Below, in pieces: positions 30,290 through 39,215 of a stretch of DNA of 64,000 nucleotides. The notes under the pieces are model-generated. The model saw only the letters and a list, made by a program, of their open reading frames with translations, made no database searches and had not been told where the DNA came from. Source of the stretch: an uncultured bacterium (lineage in GTDB: Bacteria > Chlamydiota > Chlamydiia > Chlamydiales > SM23-39); contig OY970323.1 of the NCBI GenBank assembly GCA_963716985.1, positions 1,856,001-1,920,000 of the forward strand. Reading direction: 5' to 3'. A program made the translations under genes and the position numbers. How positions within the stretch are numbered: position 1 is the first letter of the stretch; each line of letters starts with the position of its first letter.

Positions 30290-31339
30290 TCAAAAATCGA
30301 ATCGACAGTTAAATGTTCCGCCTTGTAATGACAAATCACCGTGCAGCCGGATCTGTTGGAACGTAGGGATTCTGAGTTGATTGAGCCAAAGCTGCATTTC
30401 ATAGCCCAGTTTTGCTGCAAAATGATACTTTTCCCTATTCCAATATGCATCCCAACCGAAACCCAAGAAACCCCGCATCATCAAGGCACCAAGGCTTGTA
30501 TTTTTCATGTTCACGAAAATTTCATATGGGGTCGGATTGCTGTACCTATCTTTGCACATCCAGGTTCCCCGCATCATCGCGGTTGAAAAGTCGCCAAAAA
30601 GGTTGAGCGCATGCGACTCAAAATGAACCAAATTCCACATGCTATTCACTCCAACGCTTGGACCGATTCCCCAAAAATTGTTCTTAAGGTCTTCCTTTGC
30701 GGAATAATCGACGGGGAGAGTAACTCCTTGAACTTCCCGGGCATTGACTTGCCACAGAGAGCGAATCGTTTGATTGATCCACCCTCCCTTTAAGCCTAAG
30801 AAAGGGCGTAAGGAAAGCCTTTTGCCAATCTCATACCTGCGGCCCAACTCCCAATCGCACATATTAAACAGAAGAGTCCAGTGGAGTTTTCCATTTTTCG
30901 CATGGTCTCCATTGACAAAACCGCCAAAGAATTCTGGGAGGATGAGACTGTTTGTCGTTGGTATGCTGCTATGGGCTATCGTTCGAAACCAAGACCAGTA
31001 GAGCTGCGTGTCCCAATGATCGTATTTCAATTTAGTTCCTGCGCCAACCCGGAAACCAAAATCCCAACCAAATGAGATTCCTTTTGCTTCAAAAGTGTCT
31101 ACGATAAGGGGGTTGAATGTCGAGCCGGCAATGCTGCCCCAAGCCGAGGAGGGCTCTTCGGAAGCAAACCAGACAAGAAAATCTGCAAAGATGTCCACTT
31201 TTCCGAAGAAGGGCTCCTCAAGGGGAGGAATATTTGACAAACAGCCCTGATTTTGAGCTGTTTTTTCATTCCCATTGGGGGCTGCTGTTTCTGCTTGGCC
31301 ACCCACGAACAATAGCAACAATATAAAGAGCTTTTTCAT
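30290..31339 (-). CDS. Lpg1974/MOMP-like outer membrane porin
   Basis: Paralog with the same motifs, LQGGTFNCRFDF end. Confidence 0.85.
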   Translation of the reverse strand: MKKLFILLLLFVGGQAETAAPNGNEKTAQNQGCLSNIPPLEEPFFGKVDIFADFLVWFASEEPSSAWGSIAGSTFNPLIVDTFEAKGISFGWDFGFRVGAGTKLKYDHWDTQLYWSWFRTIAHSSIPTTNSLILPEFFGGFVNGDHAKNGKLHWTLLFNMCDWELGRRYEIGKRLSLRPFLGLKGGWINQTIRSLWQVNAREVQGVTLPVDYSAKEDLKNNFWGIGPSVGVNSMWNLVHFESHALNLFGDFSTAMMRGTWMCKDRYSNPTPYEIFVNMKNTSLGALMMRGFLGFGWDAYWNREKYHFAAKLGYEMQLWLNQLRIPTFQQIRLHGDLSLQGGTFNCRFDF

Positions 31340-31351
31340 GAACTTTCAGTT

Positions 31352-32578
31352 CTAAAAATTAAATATAAAATCAAGGGTTCCGCCTTGCAGCGTTAATTCA
31401 TTGTCCAGCCTTCCCGTATTGTAGGAGTAAAATTGGAGCTGGTCTAACCAAAATTGCGATTCATATCCGAGTCGCACAGAAAGAGCAAATTGCTTCGGGG
31501 CAAAATCGACATCCCATTCGAATCCCAGAAAGCCTCGGAACATGGAAGAGGCGCCATTGATATCCGATGTAATGATTGGAACTTTTTGCGGATGATTGTT
31601 TTTGTAAACATCCTTTAAGGTCCAGTGTCCCCACATAATTGCGCCGGAGAAATCGCCGAAAAGGCTAAACGAGTTTCTGCGGATAGCGCCCAATTTCCAT
31701 TGCATGTTTACGCCGCCGCTCGGACCGATTCCCCAAAAATTGTTATGCAAGTTCTCTCTTCCAACGGTAAAAGCATTAGCCCCTGAAACATTGATGGGAT
31801 TGTGCCATTTAGAATGGATCATTTGATGAATCCAGCCGCCTTTGAGGCCCACAAAAGGACGAAAGGATAAAGCAGAACCTCTCCAATTGAACCCCAGTTC
31901 CCAGTCAAATATATTGAAATGAATCTTCCATTGGATACTTGCGCTTTGATATTGCGGGGCGTTGCTCACATGCGCGCCATCCGCATTGTTGATATAAAAA
32001 TTTCCTAAAAAAGACGAAGTGATTCCGTTGTTTGCGCTGGCTTGATCTTTTCCTTGCCCCCGAAACCAGGTATAGGCCCATTTCGTATCCCAGCCGGCAT
32101 AGTTCGTATTGTAATCAATGCCGCATCTTAAGCCCACGTTCCAACCGAAATGAACCTCTAGAATATCTATATCTTCAGTAGCGCTCCCAAAAGAAAAGTT
32201 TTGTGCCCAATTATCCGCTCCGCTTTCTTTTGCCGACCAGATGAGAACGTCAGTAAAAAGATGGAAGCGGTTCGATTCGCTCTCTCTAGAGATATTTGGC
32301 AATTCTTGCCCGTGTTCTTGTATTGGCGCAGCCTGTTTGCCATCCGCGTTCTGAAAAGAAGCGGCGTGGAGATGAAGACAGCACATCAAAAAACCACAAT
32401 GTAACAAAAGCTTTTTATGCAATTTGCGCTCGGATCTGGGCCTGGACCTCCGCTTCGAAAAAACGAGTGGTGATGAAAGACAGACTTTCCTTTTCCAGTT
32501 GCAAGACATGGTAAAAAACGAATCAAATTTCATCGAAAAAGCTTTTGCTAAAAACGACCACTTAAATTGCCGACACAT
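31352..32578 (-). CDS. Lpg1974/MOMP-like outer membrane porin (true start probably near 32400)
   Basis: Paralog with DWELG, FRPFVGLKGGWI, NNFWGIGP, LQGGTLDFIFNF end. Confidence 0.85.
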   Translation of the reverse strand: MCRQFKWSFLAKAFSMKFDSFFTMSCNWKRKVCLSSPLVFSKRRSRPRSERKLHKKLLLHCGFLMCCLHLHAASFQNADGKQAAPIQEHGQELPNISRESESNRFHLFTDVLIWSAKESGADNWAQNFSFGSATEDIDILEVHFGWNVGLRCGIDYNTNYAGWDTKWAYTWFRGQGKDQASANNGITSSFLGNFYINNADGAHVSNAPQYQSASIQWKIHFNIFDWELGFNWRGSALSFRPFVGLKGGWIHQMIHSKWHNPINVSGANAFTVGRENLHNNFWGIGPSGGVNMQWKLGAIRRNSFSLFGDFSGAIMWGHWTLKDVYKNNHPQKVPIITSDINGASSMFRGFLGFEWDVDFAPKQFALSVRLGYESQFWLDQLQFYSYNTGRLDNELTLQGGTLDFIFNF

Positions 32579-32774
32579 ACTAAAAAAAATTTAAATTGAG
32601 TGCAATTTCATTTTTAGAGTTCCGGAAAATGAACGCCAAATGGACATTTTTTGTGAGTCACGCGTCGCATCCGTCCGGTCGCTATCGAAGACCCATGGAG
32701 CCAATAGAATCGACCTAGAAAATTAACATCCAAAATAGTAAAATTCTTGATCGATTCTCTAACAGGTTGTTCCT

Positions 32775-33857
32775 ATGAGACATTTATTTTTAGCCACATT
32801 CATTTTTAGTTTATTCCATTTTTCTTCAGCCGCTTGTGAAGAGACCTTTGCAAATGCAGAGAAAGGATTTCAGGTTCGCTGGCAGGAGTTTCAAGAGGGC
32901 CGACAGTTTCCTCTTTGGACTCCGAATTGGAAGGAAGAAGAGCTCAAAGGCCGATTCGATCAAATGGAGTCCGAACGCTGGCAGGTCTATTTCACCAATC
33001 CCGAAGATTGCCAAAAGCCAAATGCAATCGGCATTTATAAACCTTCGTACGAAAGCCCAAACACTTTCCCCTCCTGGGGATCTAGATACCCTTATTCCGG
33101 CTCTTTTAACTACAACCATGCGTCCGACCGCTATAATGCCAGCCTCATTACTCTTCATGGCAAACAGTTCATTGCCCTGGAGGGCCCGACCCAAGAGAAC
33201 GTTCCTGCCTTTCTTCATGTGCTGGATCAGTATCAGGTAACCGATCTTGTTCGATTAACGCCGGCCACATACAAAAATCGAGAAAATAGCACTCCCTATT
33301 GGGAAGGTCACATCAACATCCATCCAAAAAATGGCCGAACCACTTTGGAGCTCAACGGAAAAGAGATAAACTATTTTTTCACCGACTCTTGGATCAACCA
33401 TAACGGGATCGAGCCGGAGCGGCTCATTGCTCTTGTAAAAGCCGTCATGGGCCAAGAGACCGAAAAACAAATCATCGCCGTTCATTGCCGCGCGGGCGTG
33501 GGCCGGACGGGCACATTTTTGGCAGCCTATACATTGATTCGCGACATCGATCAACAGATCGCCGGCGGCATTGCGCCCGATCACATTCAAGTGAGCATCG
33601 ACAAGATTGTTTGGGAGATTTGCCTGCAGCGTCCCTTCATGGTCACCCATTTTGCCCAATATAAAACCCTCTATGAGCTGGTAAACCGTTATATCGAAGA
33701 TCTTAAAGCAAAGCCTTCTCCAACAGTTGCCGAAAACATCAAGACCGTCAAGGAAGTAAAGGCCCAATTTCGACGGCATGAAAAAACAGCTCATTATCAG
33801 AACATGAAAGGCAAGCCGCAGGAATGCTTTCTAGACAAGCCCGAAAAAGAAAGATAG
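32775..33857 (+). CDS. Protein-tyrosine phosphatase-like protein with signal peptide
   Basis: VHCRAGVGRTG P-loop, NAS, FIALEGP, YW, QY. Confidence 0.88.
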   Translation: MRHLFLATFIFSLFHFSSAACEETFANAEKGFQVRWQEFQEGRQFPLWTPNWKEEELKGRFDQMESERWQVYFTNPEDCQKPNAIGIYKPSYESPNTFPSWGSRYPYSGSFNYNHASDRYNASLITLHGKQFIALEGPTQENVPAFLHVLDQYQVTDLVRLTPATYKNRENSTPYWEGHINIHPKNGRTTLELNGKEINYFFTDSWINHNGIEPERLIALVKAVMGQETEKQIIAVHCRAGVGRTGTFLAAYTLIRDIDQQIAGGIAPDHIQVSIDKIVWEICLQRPFMVTHFAQYKTLYELVNRYIEDLKAKPSPTVAENIKTVKEVKAQFRRHEKTAHYQNMKGKPQECFLDKPEKER

Positions 33858-34047
33858 TTTTTCTTCTTTTTTAGCGCATTTTTTGTCCAAGAAAAGGATT
33901 TTTGGATGCTGGCAACCAAGTTTTCGAGCCTTTTTTCTTAAAAAGACAATCCGTAACCAATTGTTTACAAAACGCTTAAGGATTGTTATTGCAAAAATAT
34001 AACTATTTTGTAAATATGAGACTCAAAAATAGAACTAGGTTACAAAA

Positions 34048-35205
34048 ATGCATTACCTCGCTCGATATTTTCAACCGCCTAAGGAAAGTTTCTTTTTATT
34101 TGGTCCAAGAGGCACAGGGAAATCTACATGGTTAAAAAAACAATACCCCCATGCACTTTGGATCGATTTATTAGAACCCGACTTGTTCAGAAAATATAGT
34201 GCTTTTCCAGAGCAGTTACGAAATTTGATCGACGCAAATCCAGACAAAAAAGTTTTGATCATTGATGAAGTACAAAAAATTCCCGACCTCCTTCCTTTGG
34301 TCCATGCTCTAATTGAAGAAAAAAAAGGAATTCAATTTATCTTAACCGGATCGAGTTCTCGAAAACTCAAACGTTTTGGAGTTGACCTCTTGGCTGGAAG
34401 AGCTCATTTATTTCATCTTCATCCCTTTCTTCCTTCTGAATTAGGCCAGAATTTTTCTTTAGAAAAATCTTTGGAAATCGGAATGCTTCCTCTTGTTTGG
34501 GCCTCTGATGACCCCCAGAAAACCCTCTCCTCCTATACCTCTTTGTATCTAAAAGAAGAGGTTCAAGCAGAAAGCCTTGTGAGAAAAGTAGGGAATTTCT
34601 CTAGATTTTTGGAAGTGATTAGTTTCTCTCACGCTGCTATACTTAATTCCGCGAACCTTGCAAGAGAGAGCGAAAACCACCGCTCGACAGTAGACAATTA
34701 TTTGCAAATTCTCAAAGACCTATTGCTCGGCTATACCTTGGACATCTTTACAAAAAGAGCCAAAAGAGAACTTTCTTCCCATCCGAAATTTTATTTTTTT
34801 GACTCAGGAGTCTTTCATTCTCTAAGGCCAAAAGGACCTCTAGATAGGCCGCAAGAAATTCATGGAGCTGCTTTAGAAGGTCTCGTTGCGGAAAGTCTAC
34901 GCACATGGATGGATCTTGCCAAAACCTCCTACTCTCTTCATTTTTGGAGAACCAGGTCGGGAAACGAGGTGGATTTTGTTGTCTATGGACAAGAGGGATT
35001 TTTTGCTATTGAGGTGAAAAACTCAACTCACATCTCTCCCCAGGACCTCAATGGCCTTAAAGCGTTCAAAGAAGAATATCCTGAAGCTTTTCCTCTTCTC
35101 TTGTACAGAGGAAAAGAAAAAGTTCTCTGCCAACAAATTCTTTGCGTACCTGTGGAAGAATTTCTTCGAAACTTGAAGCCAGAAACCGCTCTCTGGGAGA
35201 AATAG
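34048..35205 (+). CDS. AAA+ ATPase with DUF4143 domain
   Basis: GPRGTGKST, IIDEVQK, LTGSS, LAGRA, PKFYFFDSG, EVDF..IEVK. Confidence 0.93.
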   Translation: MHYLARYFQPPKESFFLFGPRGTGKSTWLKKQYPHALWIDLLEPDLFRKYSAFPEQLRNLIDANPDKKVLIIDEVQKIPDLLPLVHALIEEKKGIQFILTGSSSRKLKRFGVDLLAGRAHLFHLHPFLPSELGQNFSLEKSLEIGMLPLVWASDDPQKTLSSYTSLYLKEEVQAESLVRKVGNFSRFLEVISFSHAAILNSANLARESENHRSTVDNYLQILKDLLLGYTLDIFTKRAKRELSSHPKFYFFDSGVFHSLRPKGPLDRPQEIHGAALEGLVAESLRTWMDLAKTSYSLHFWRTRSGNEVDFVVYGQEGFFAIEVKNSTHISPQDLNGLKAFKEEYPEAFPLLLYRGKEKVLCQQILCVPVEEFLRNLKPETALWEK

Positions 35206-35251
35206 CTATCGGAACCATAGAGGTCCCATGCAAAAAAACACCCTCTCCTAG

Positions 35252-35611
35252 TTAGACGGCTGCTTTTTTTTGGGGATAAACATAATTGGCAATCAAACGC
35301 GGAAGAAACACAACACTTGCGAGCAAGGGTACTCCCACACTTAGGGGAATTGTTATGTAAAGGTTCAAAACTGACATTACTGCTAATGCCACCATGTCTA
35401 TCGTGTAGATCAAAAAGTTTTTTTGCATTTCTTGCAGACGCTCCGCTTGAATGTTGCAAGTTTTCCCGAGCGCATAAGCTAAACTGCCATGAAAAATCGC
35501 CCATCCCCCAACAACAATGACAGCCAATTTAACCATATCCCAGCGAGCATCGTATGCAATGAGCGTAGAGGAATGAGAACTTTTTCTTATTACATCAAAA
35601 AAACAAGCCAT
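35252..35611 (-). CDS. Small multi-TM membrane protein, family B
   Basis: AGGAG RBS; hydrophobic segments; paralog at 37670-38050. Confidence 0.7.
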   Translation of the reverse strand: MACFFDVIRKSSHSSTLIAYDARWDMVKLAVIVVGGWAIFHGSLAYALGKTCNIQAERLQEMQKNFLIYTIDMVALAVMSVLNLYITIPLSVGVPLLASVVFLPRLIANYVYPQKKAAV

Positions 35612-35700
35612 AAAGCCATTCTCCTTTTTTACTTTGAGAAAAACATTCTTCTTGTTCCTTTTTCAACGCAAAGGAAGAGTCATTCGTTCAAACAACAAAA

Positions 35701-36138
35701 TTATTTCGACTTCTTTAATGCGGGCAAACCAATGGTAGCTGTGAGCGCAAGGAAAGCCGCAGAAACTACAAAGCAAACATTCTTATAAAAGATGTCATGA
35801 TAGCAATCGTCAGACTTTGCATCCTTTGCGCAAGTAGTGCTTTCGCTTAACTTAGAAAACCCGGCTCCAATAGCAGACAAAAGAGTAACAAGACCCGGAA
35901 GTATCATTGAATAGATCTTTTTCGTCCTTTCATCCGTTTTTTGGGTAGTAGCATTTGTTCTGGCCGCAGACCATCGATTACTAGTAAAACCTTGGCAAGC
36001 AAGTGCCCCGCAAAAGGCACCAAAAAAACCTCCTGAAAAAAAACCAAACGTAGCACCTCCCACAATGCCTATACACGTTTCAATGGTTTCGCCTAAGAAA
36101 CCACACCATGGTTGTGCGGGATTTACTGTAGAGCTTAT
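35701..36138 (-). CDS. Small Gly-rich multi-TM protein, family A (start is ATA here, ATG in the paralog)
   Basis: AGGAGG RBS then ATA AGC TCT..; GGATFGFFSGGFFGAFCG; TM-Cx8C-TM. Confidence 0.6.
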   Translation of the reverse strand: MSSTVNPAQPWCGFLGETIETCIGIVGGATFGFFSGGFFGAFCGALACQGFTSNRWSAARTNATTQKTDERTKKIYSMILPGLVTLLSAIGAGFSKLSESTTCAKDAKSDDCYHDIFYKNVCFVVSAAFLALTATIGLPALKKSK

Positions 36139-36221
36139 TTATTACCTCCTTAAAAAAACGAAGCAACAGGATAGCATGCTGTTGCGAATATTTGACAAAC
36201 AAAATTGCGTTTTTTTCCAAT

Positions 36222-36489
36222 CTTGCGAAAAAAGAAAAAAGACCGCATTCTGAACTGCTTGAGGACACAATGTTTCTAAGCCAGGCGAAAGAAGGATCCC
36301 TTGCAACGATCAAGGAGATGCTTTTAGTAAAAAAACCATCTCAGCAAACTCATTTCTCTTGGGATCGTTCCCGGAGCGATTGTCAAAGTTTTAAAAAACG
36401 ATTCGATCCGTCCTCTCATTCTCATCGTCAAGGGATGCCGGTTGATCATTGAGCGAGCGATCGCTTGTAAGATCGAAATTGAGCCATGA
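36222..36489 (+). pseudogene. feoA: feoA pseudogene
   Basis: Copy of 38916-39215 with an upstream deletion and a frameshift. Confidence 0.8.
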
Positions 36490-37575
36490 AAAAAAAACGA
36501 TCCATATTGCCTTAGCGGGACTTTCCGGGTTAGCGTAAAAAAACAAAGAAATGATTTGCGTAAATGCCCCTACAGATATGTCTAAAGGCATATGCAAAAT
36601 TTTAAAACACGATATTAGGGTAATACTCGATTTTCCATAGAGAAAAACAACCCTTTTTAATACCTAAGTCGTAAAGTCCCGTTAGTTGGCAATCCCAACT
36701 GCGGAAAAAGCACTCTTTTTAATGAACTGGTCAAAGGAAATCAGGAGGTCGGCAACTACCCCGGCGTCACGGTCGAAAAAAAAACCGGTTTTGTCTCTTA
36801 CAAGGGCTGGGATTTTATGATTACGGACCTTCCCGGCATCTACAATCTGACAGCGCAAAGCGAAGATGAGCGTATTGCAAAGGATTTTTTATTAGAAGAA
36901 AGGATCGATCTGGCGATCCAGGTGATCGATTCCACCCATATCGAGCGCCATCTTTTTTTGACGAGCCAGCTCATGGAGATGGGGCTGCCCCTGATGGTTG
37001 CTTTGAACATGTGGGACCTCGTAAAAAAACGAGGATTAGAGATCGATTTGGAGCGTCTCAAACTTCTTTTAGAAATCGAGATCATCCCGACGGCCGCAGA
37101 GGCAAAGGAAGGGCTGTTCGATCTTCTTGATGTTGCAATCGACATCATAGAAAAGAAAAAAAGCTCTTTTGGCGTTCGCTTTCCCTTTTCCCGGCAAATG
37201 GAGATCGGTCTTTTAAAAATCCAAAAACTTCTTTCGCAAGAACTGCCTTCTCTGGGTCAAAATGACTTGCGCTTTTTCGCTCTTCGTCTTCTGGAAGAAG
37301 ATCCGTCTATCGAGAAAAAATGCTCTTCTCATTTGATGGAAGGGGTCAAAAAAACCGTCGATTCATTGAAGGAAAATAATCCAAGATCGGTGGAAATGCA
37401 GATCTCCATGGCGCGCCATGAGGAGATCAAAAAAAATGCAGATCTCTGCATAAAAAAAGAGGCTCACTTGTGCCAGTCGATCTCGGACCACATGGACAAA
37501 GTTTTGCTCTATCGCGCTTGGGGTCTTCCGATTTTTTTTCCTCTCCATTTTCTTGATCTTTCAGCTCACCTTTTC
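36486..37575 (+). pseudogene. feoB: feoB 5' fragment (MITE insertion, truncated)
   Basis: Near-identical to the feoB G-domain; ends at the duplication junction. Confidence 0.9.
36516..36681. mobile_element. MITE type 2 (166 bp, TTAG duplication)
   Basis: Imperfect TIR CGGGACTTT(C/A)CG..TTAG; intact feoB shows the empty site GCCTTAGTTGGC. Confidence 0.88.
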
Positions 37576-37669
37576 TTGAAGAATCTCTTCAAAACTTAAA
37601 GCCAAAAACGCTCTCTGGGAGAATTGGCTATCGGAACCATTGAGGCCCTATGCAAAAAAACGCGCTTTC

Positions 37670-38050
37670 CTAATTAGATGGTTGCTTTTTTCCGGGATAA
37701 ACATAATTGGCAATCAAACGCGGAAGAAACACAACACTTGCGAGCAAGGGCACTCCCACACTTAGGGGAATTGTTATGTAAAGGTTCAAAACTGACATTA
37801 CTGCTAATGCCACCATGTCTATCGTGTAGATCAAAAAGTTTTTCTCAACCTCATTCTTATTCTCAATATTCACGTTTTGCAACTCTTGTAGAACATTGTA
37901 GTTTTTCTTGGCTACACATATGAAACTACCAATAAGAATGGCCGCAGCCCCAATACCCATGAAACCCCACTTAATCATATCCCGGTGAGCATCGTATGCA
38001 ACGGGCATAGCGTGAAGAGAACCTTTTATAACATCAAAAACATACGACAT
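37670..38050 (-). CDS. Small multi-TM membrane protein, family B
   Basis: C-half identical to 35252-35611 protein, N-half divergent; GGAG RBS. Confidence 0.7.
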   Translation of the reverse strand: MSYVFDVIKGSLHAMPVAYDAHRDMIKWGFMGIGAAAILIGSFICVAKKNYNVLQELQNVNIENKNEVEKNFLIYTIDMVALAVMSVLNLYITIPLSVGVPLLASVVFLPRLIANYVYPGKKQPSN

Positions 38051-38138
38051 AAAAACACTCTCCTTTTTTACTTTGAGAAACATTCTTCTCGTTCCTTTTT
38101 CAACACAAAGGAAGAGGCATTCGTTCAAACAACAAAAA

Positions 38139-38792
38139 TTATTTCGACTTCTTTAATGCAGAAAAACCAAAGGTAACTGTGAGCGCAAGGAAAGCCCCAG
38201 AAACTATAAGACAAACATTCTTATAAAAGATGTCATGATAGCAATCGCCAGACTTTGCATCCTTTGCGCAGGTGGTGTTTTCGCTTAACTTAGAAAACCC
38301 GGCTCCAATAGCAGACAAAAGAGTAGCAATACCCGAAAGTGCCACGTAAACCGTTTTTTTTGCAGTTTTTTTGCAGCTTCAGCAATTTCAATCGCTTCTT
38401 GGTTAGAAGCATCTGATCTGGTCGCTGACCATCGATTACTAGTAAAGCCTTTGCAGGCAAGTGCCCCACAAAAGGCACCAAAAAAACCTCCTGAAAAAAA
38501 ACCAAACGTAGCACCTCCCGCAATGCCTACACACGTTTCAATGGTTTCCCCTAAGAAACCACACCATGGTTGTGCGGAATTTGTAGTCTAGTGCTCTGTC
38601 ATAGTTAAAATTTAGGATTATAAGTTTGGCAACGGTCGGCATAAACTCAAGTCAATTTATCCTAAAATTAGAGGGTGACAGAGCACTAGTGCTCTGTCAT
38701 AGTTAAAATTTAGGATTATAAGTTTGGCAACGGTCGGCATAAACTCAAGTCAATTTATCCTAAAATTAAAGAATGGCAGAGCACTAGCTCAT
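38139..38792 (-). pseudogene. Family A membrane protein pseudogene (MITE dimer at codon 2-3, frameshift)
   Basis: AGGAGG-ATG at 38792; paralog of 35701-36138. Confidence 0.75.
38588..38787. mobile_element. Head-to-tail dimer of MITE type 1
   Basis: Two 98-bp units with CTAG at 38588, 38686 and 38784; absent from the paralogous site near 36130. Confidence 0.9.
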
Positions 38793-38915
38793 TTATTACC
38801 TCCTTTAAAAAACGAAGCAATAGGATAGCATGCTGTTGCGAATATTTGACAAACAAAACTGCGTTTTTTTCCAAAAAATGACCTAGTTTTTGATCCAAAT
38901 GCTTCTTGTAAAACA

Positions 38916-39215
38916 TTGTGTCCGGAAGGAATTTACGATCGAACATCTCTTGCGGAAAAAGAAAAAAGACCGCATCCTGAACTACTTGAGGATACAATGT
39001 TTCTAAGCCAGGCGAAAGAAGGATCCCTTGCAACAATCAAAGAGATGCTTTTAGAAAAAAACCATCTCAGCAAGCTCATTTCTCTTGGGATCGTTCCCGG
39101 AGCGATTGTCAAAGTTTTAAAAAACGATTCGATCCGTCCTCTCATTCTCATCGTCAAGGGATGCCGGTTGATCATTGAGCGAGCGATCGCTTGCAAAATC
39201 GAAATCGAGCCATGA
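38916..39215 (+). CDS. feoA: Ferrous iron transport protein A
   Basis: KLISLGIVPG.IVKV..PLI..VKG.RLII; start uncertain (ATG 38997 possible). Confidence 0.88.
   Translation: MCPEGIYDRTSLAEKEKRPHPELLEDTMFLSQAKEGSLATIKEMLLEKNHLSKLISLGIVPGAIVKVLKNDSIRPLILIVKGCRLIIERAIACKIEIEP

Noticed and set aside
32477..32487. 11-nt match (AAAGACAGACT) to the putative omega RNA guide flank
   Set aside because: Too short, expected by chance in 64 kb, and it does not cover the scaffold-proximal part of the guide.
38588..38787. Possible CRISPR array (palindromic repeats at regular spacing)
   Set aside because: The would-be spacers are near-identical, the unit recurs singly at 26456, and no cas genes are present; it is a MITE dimer.
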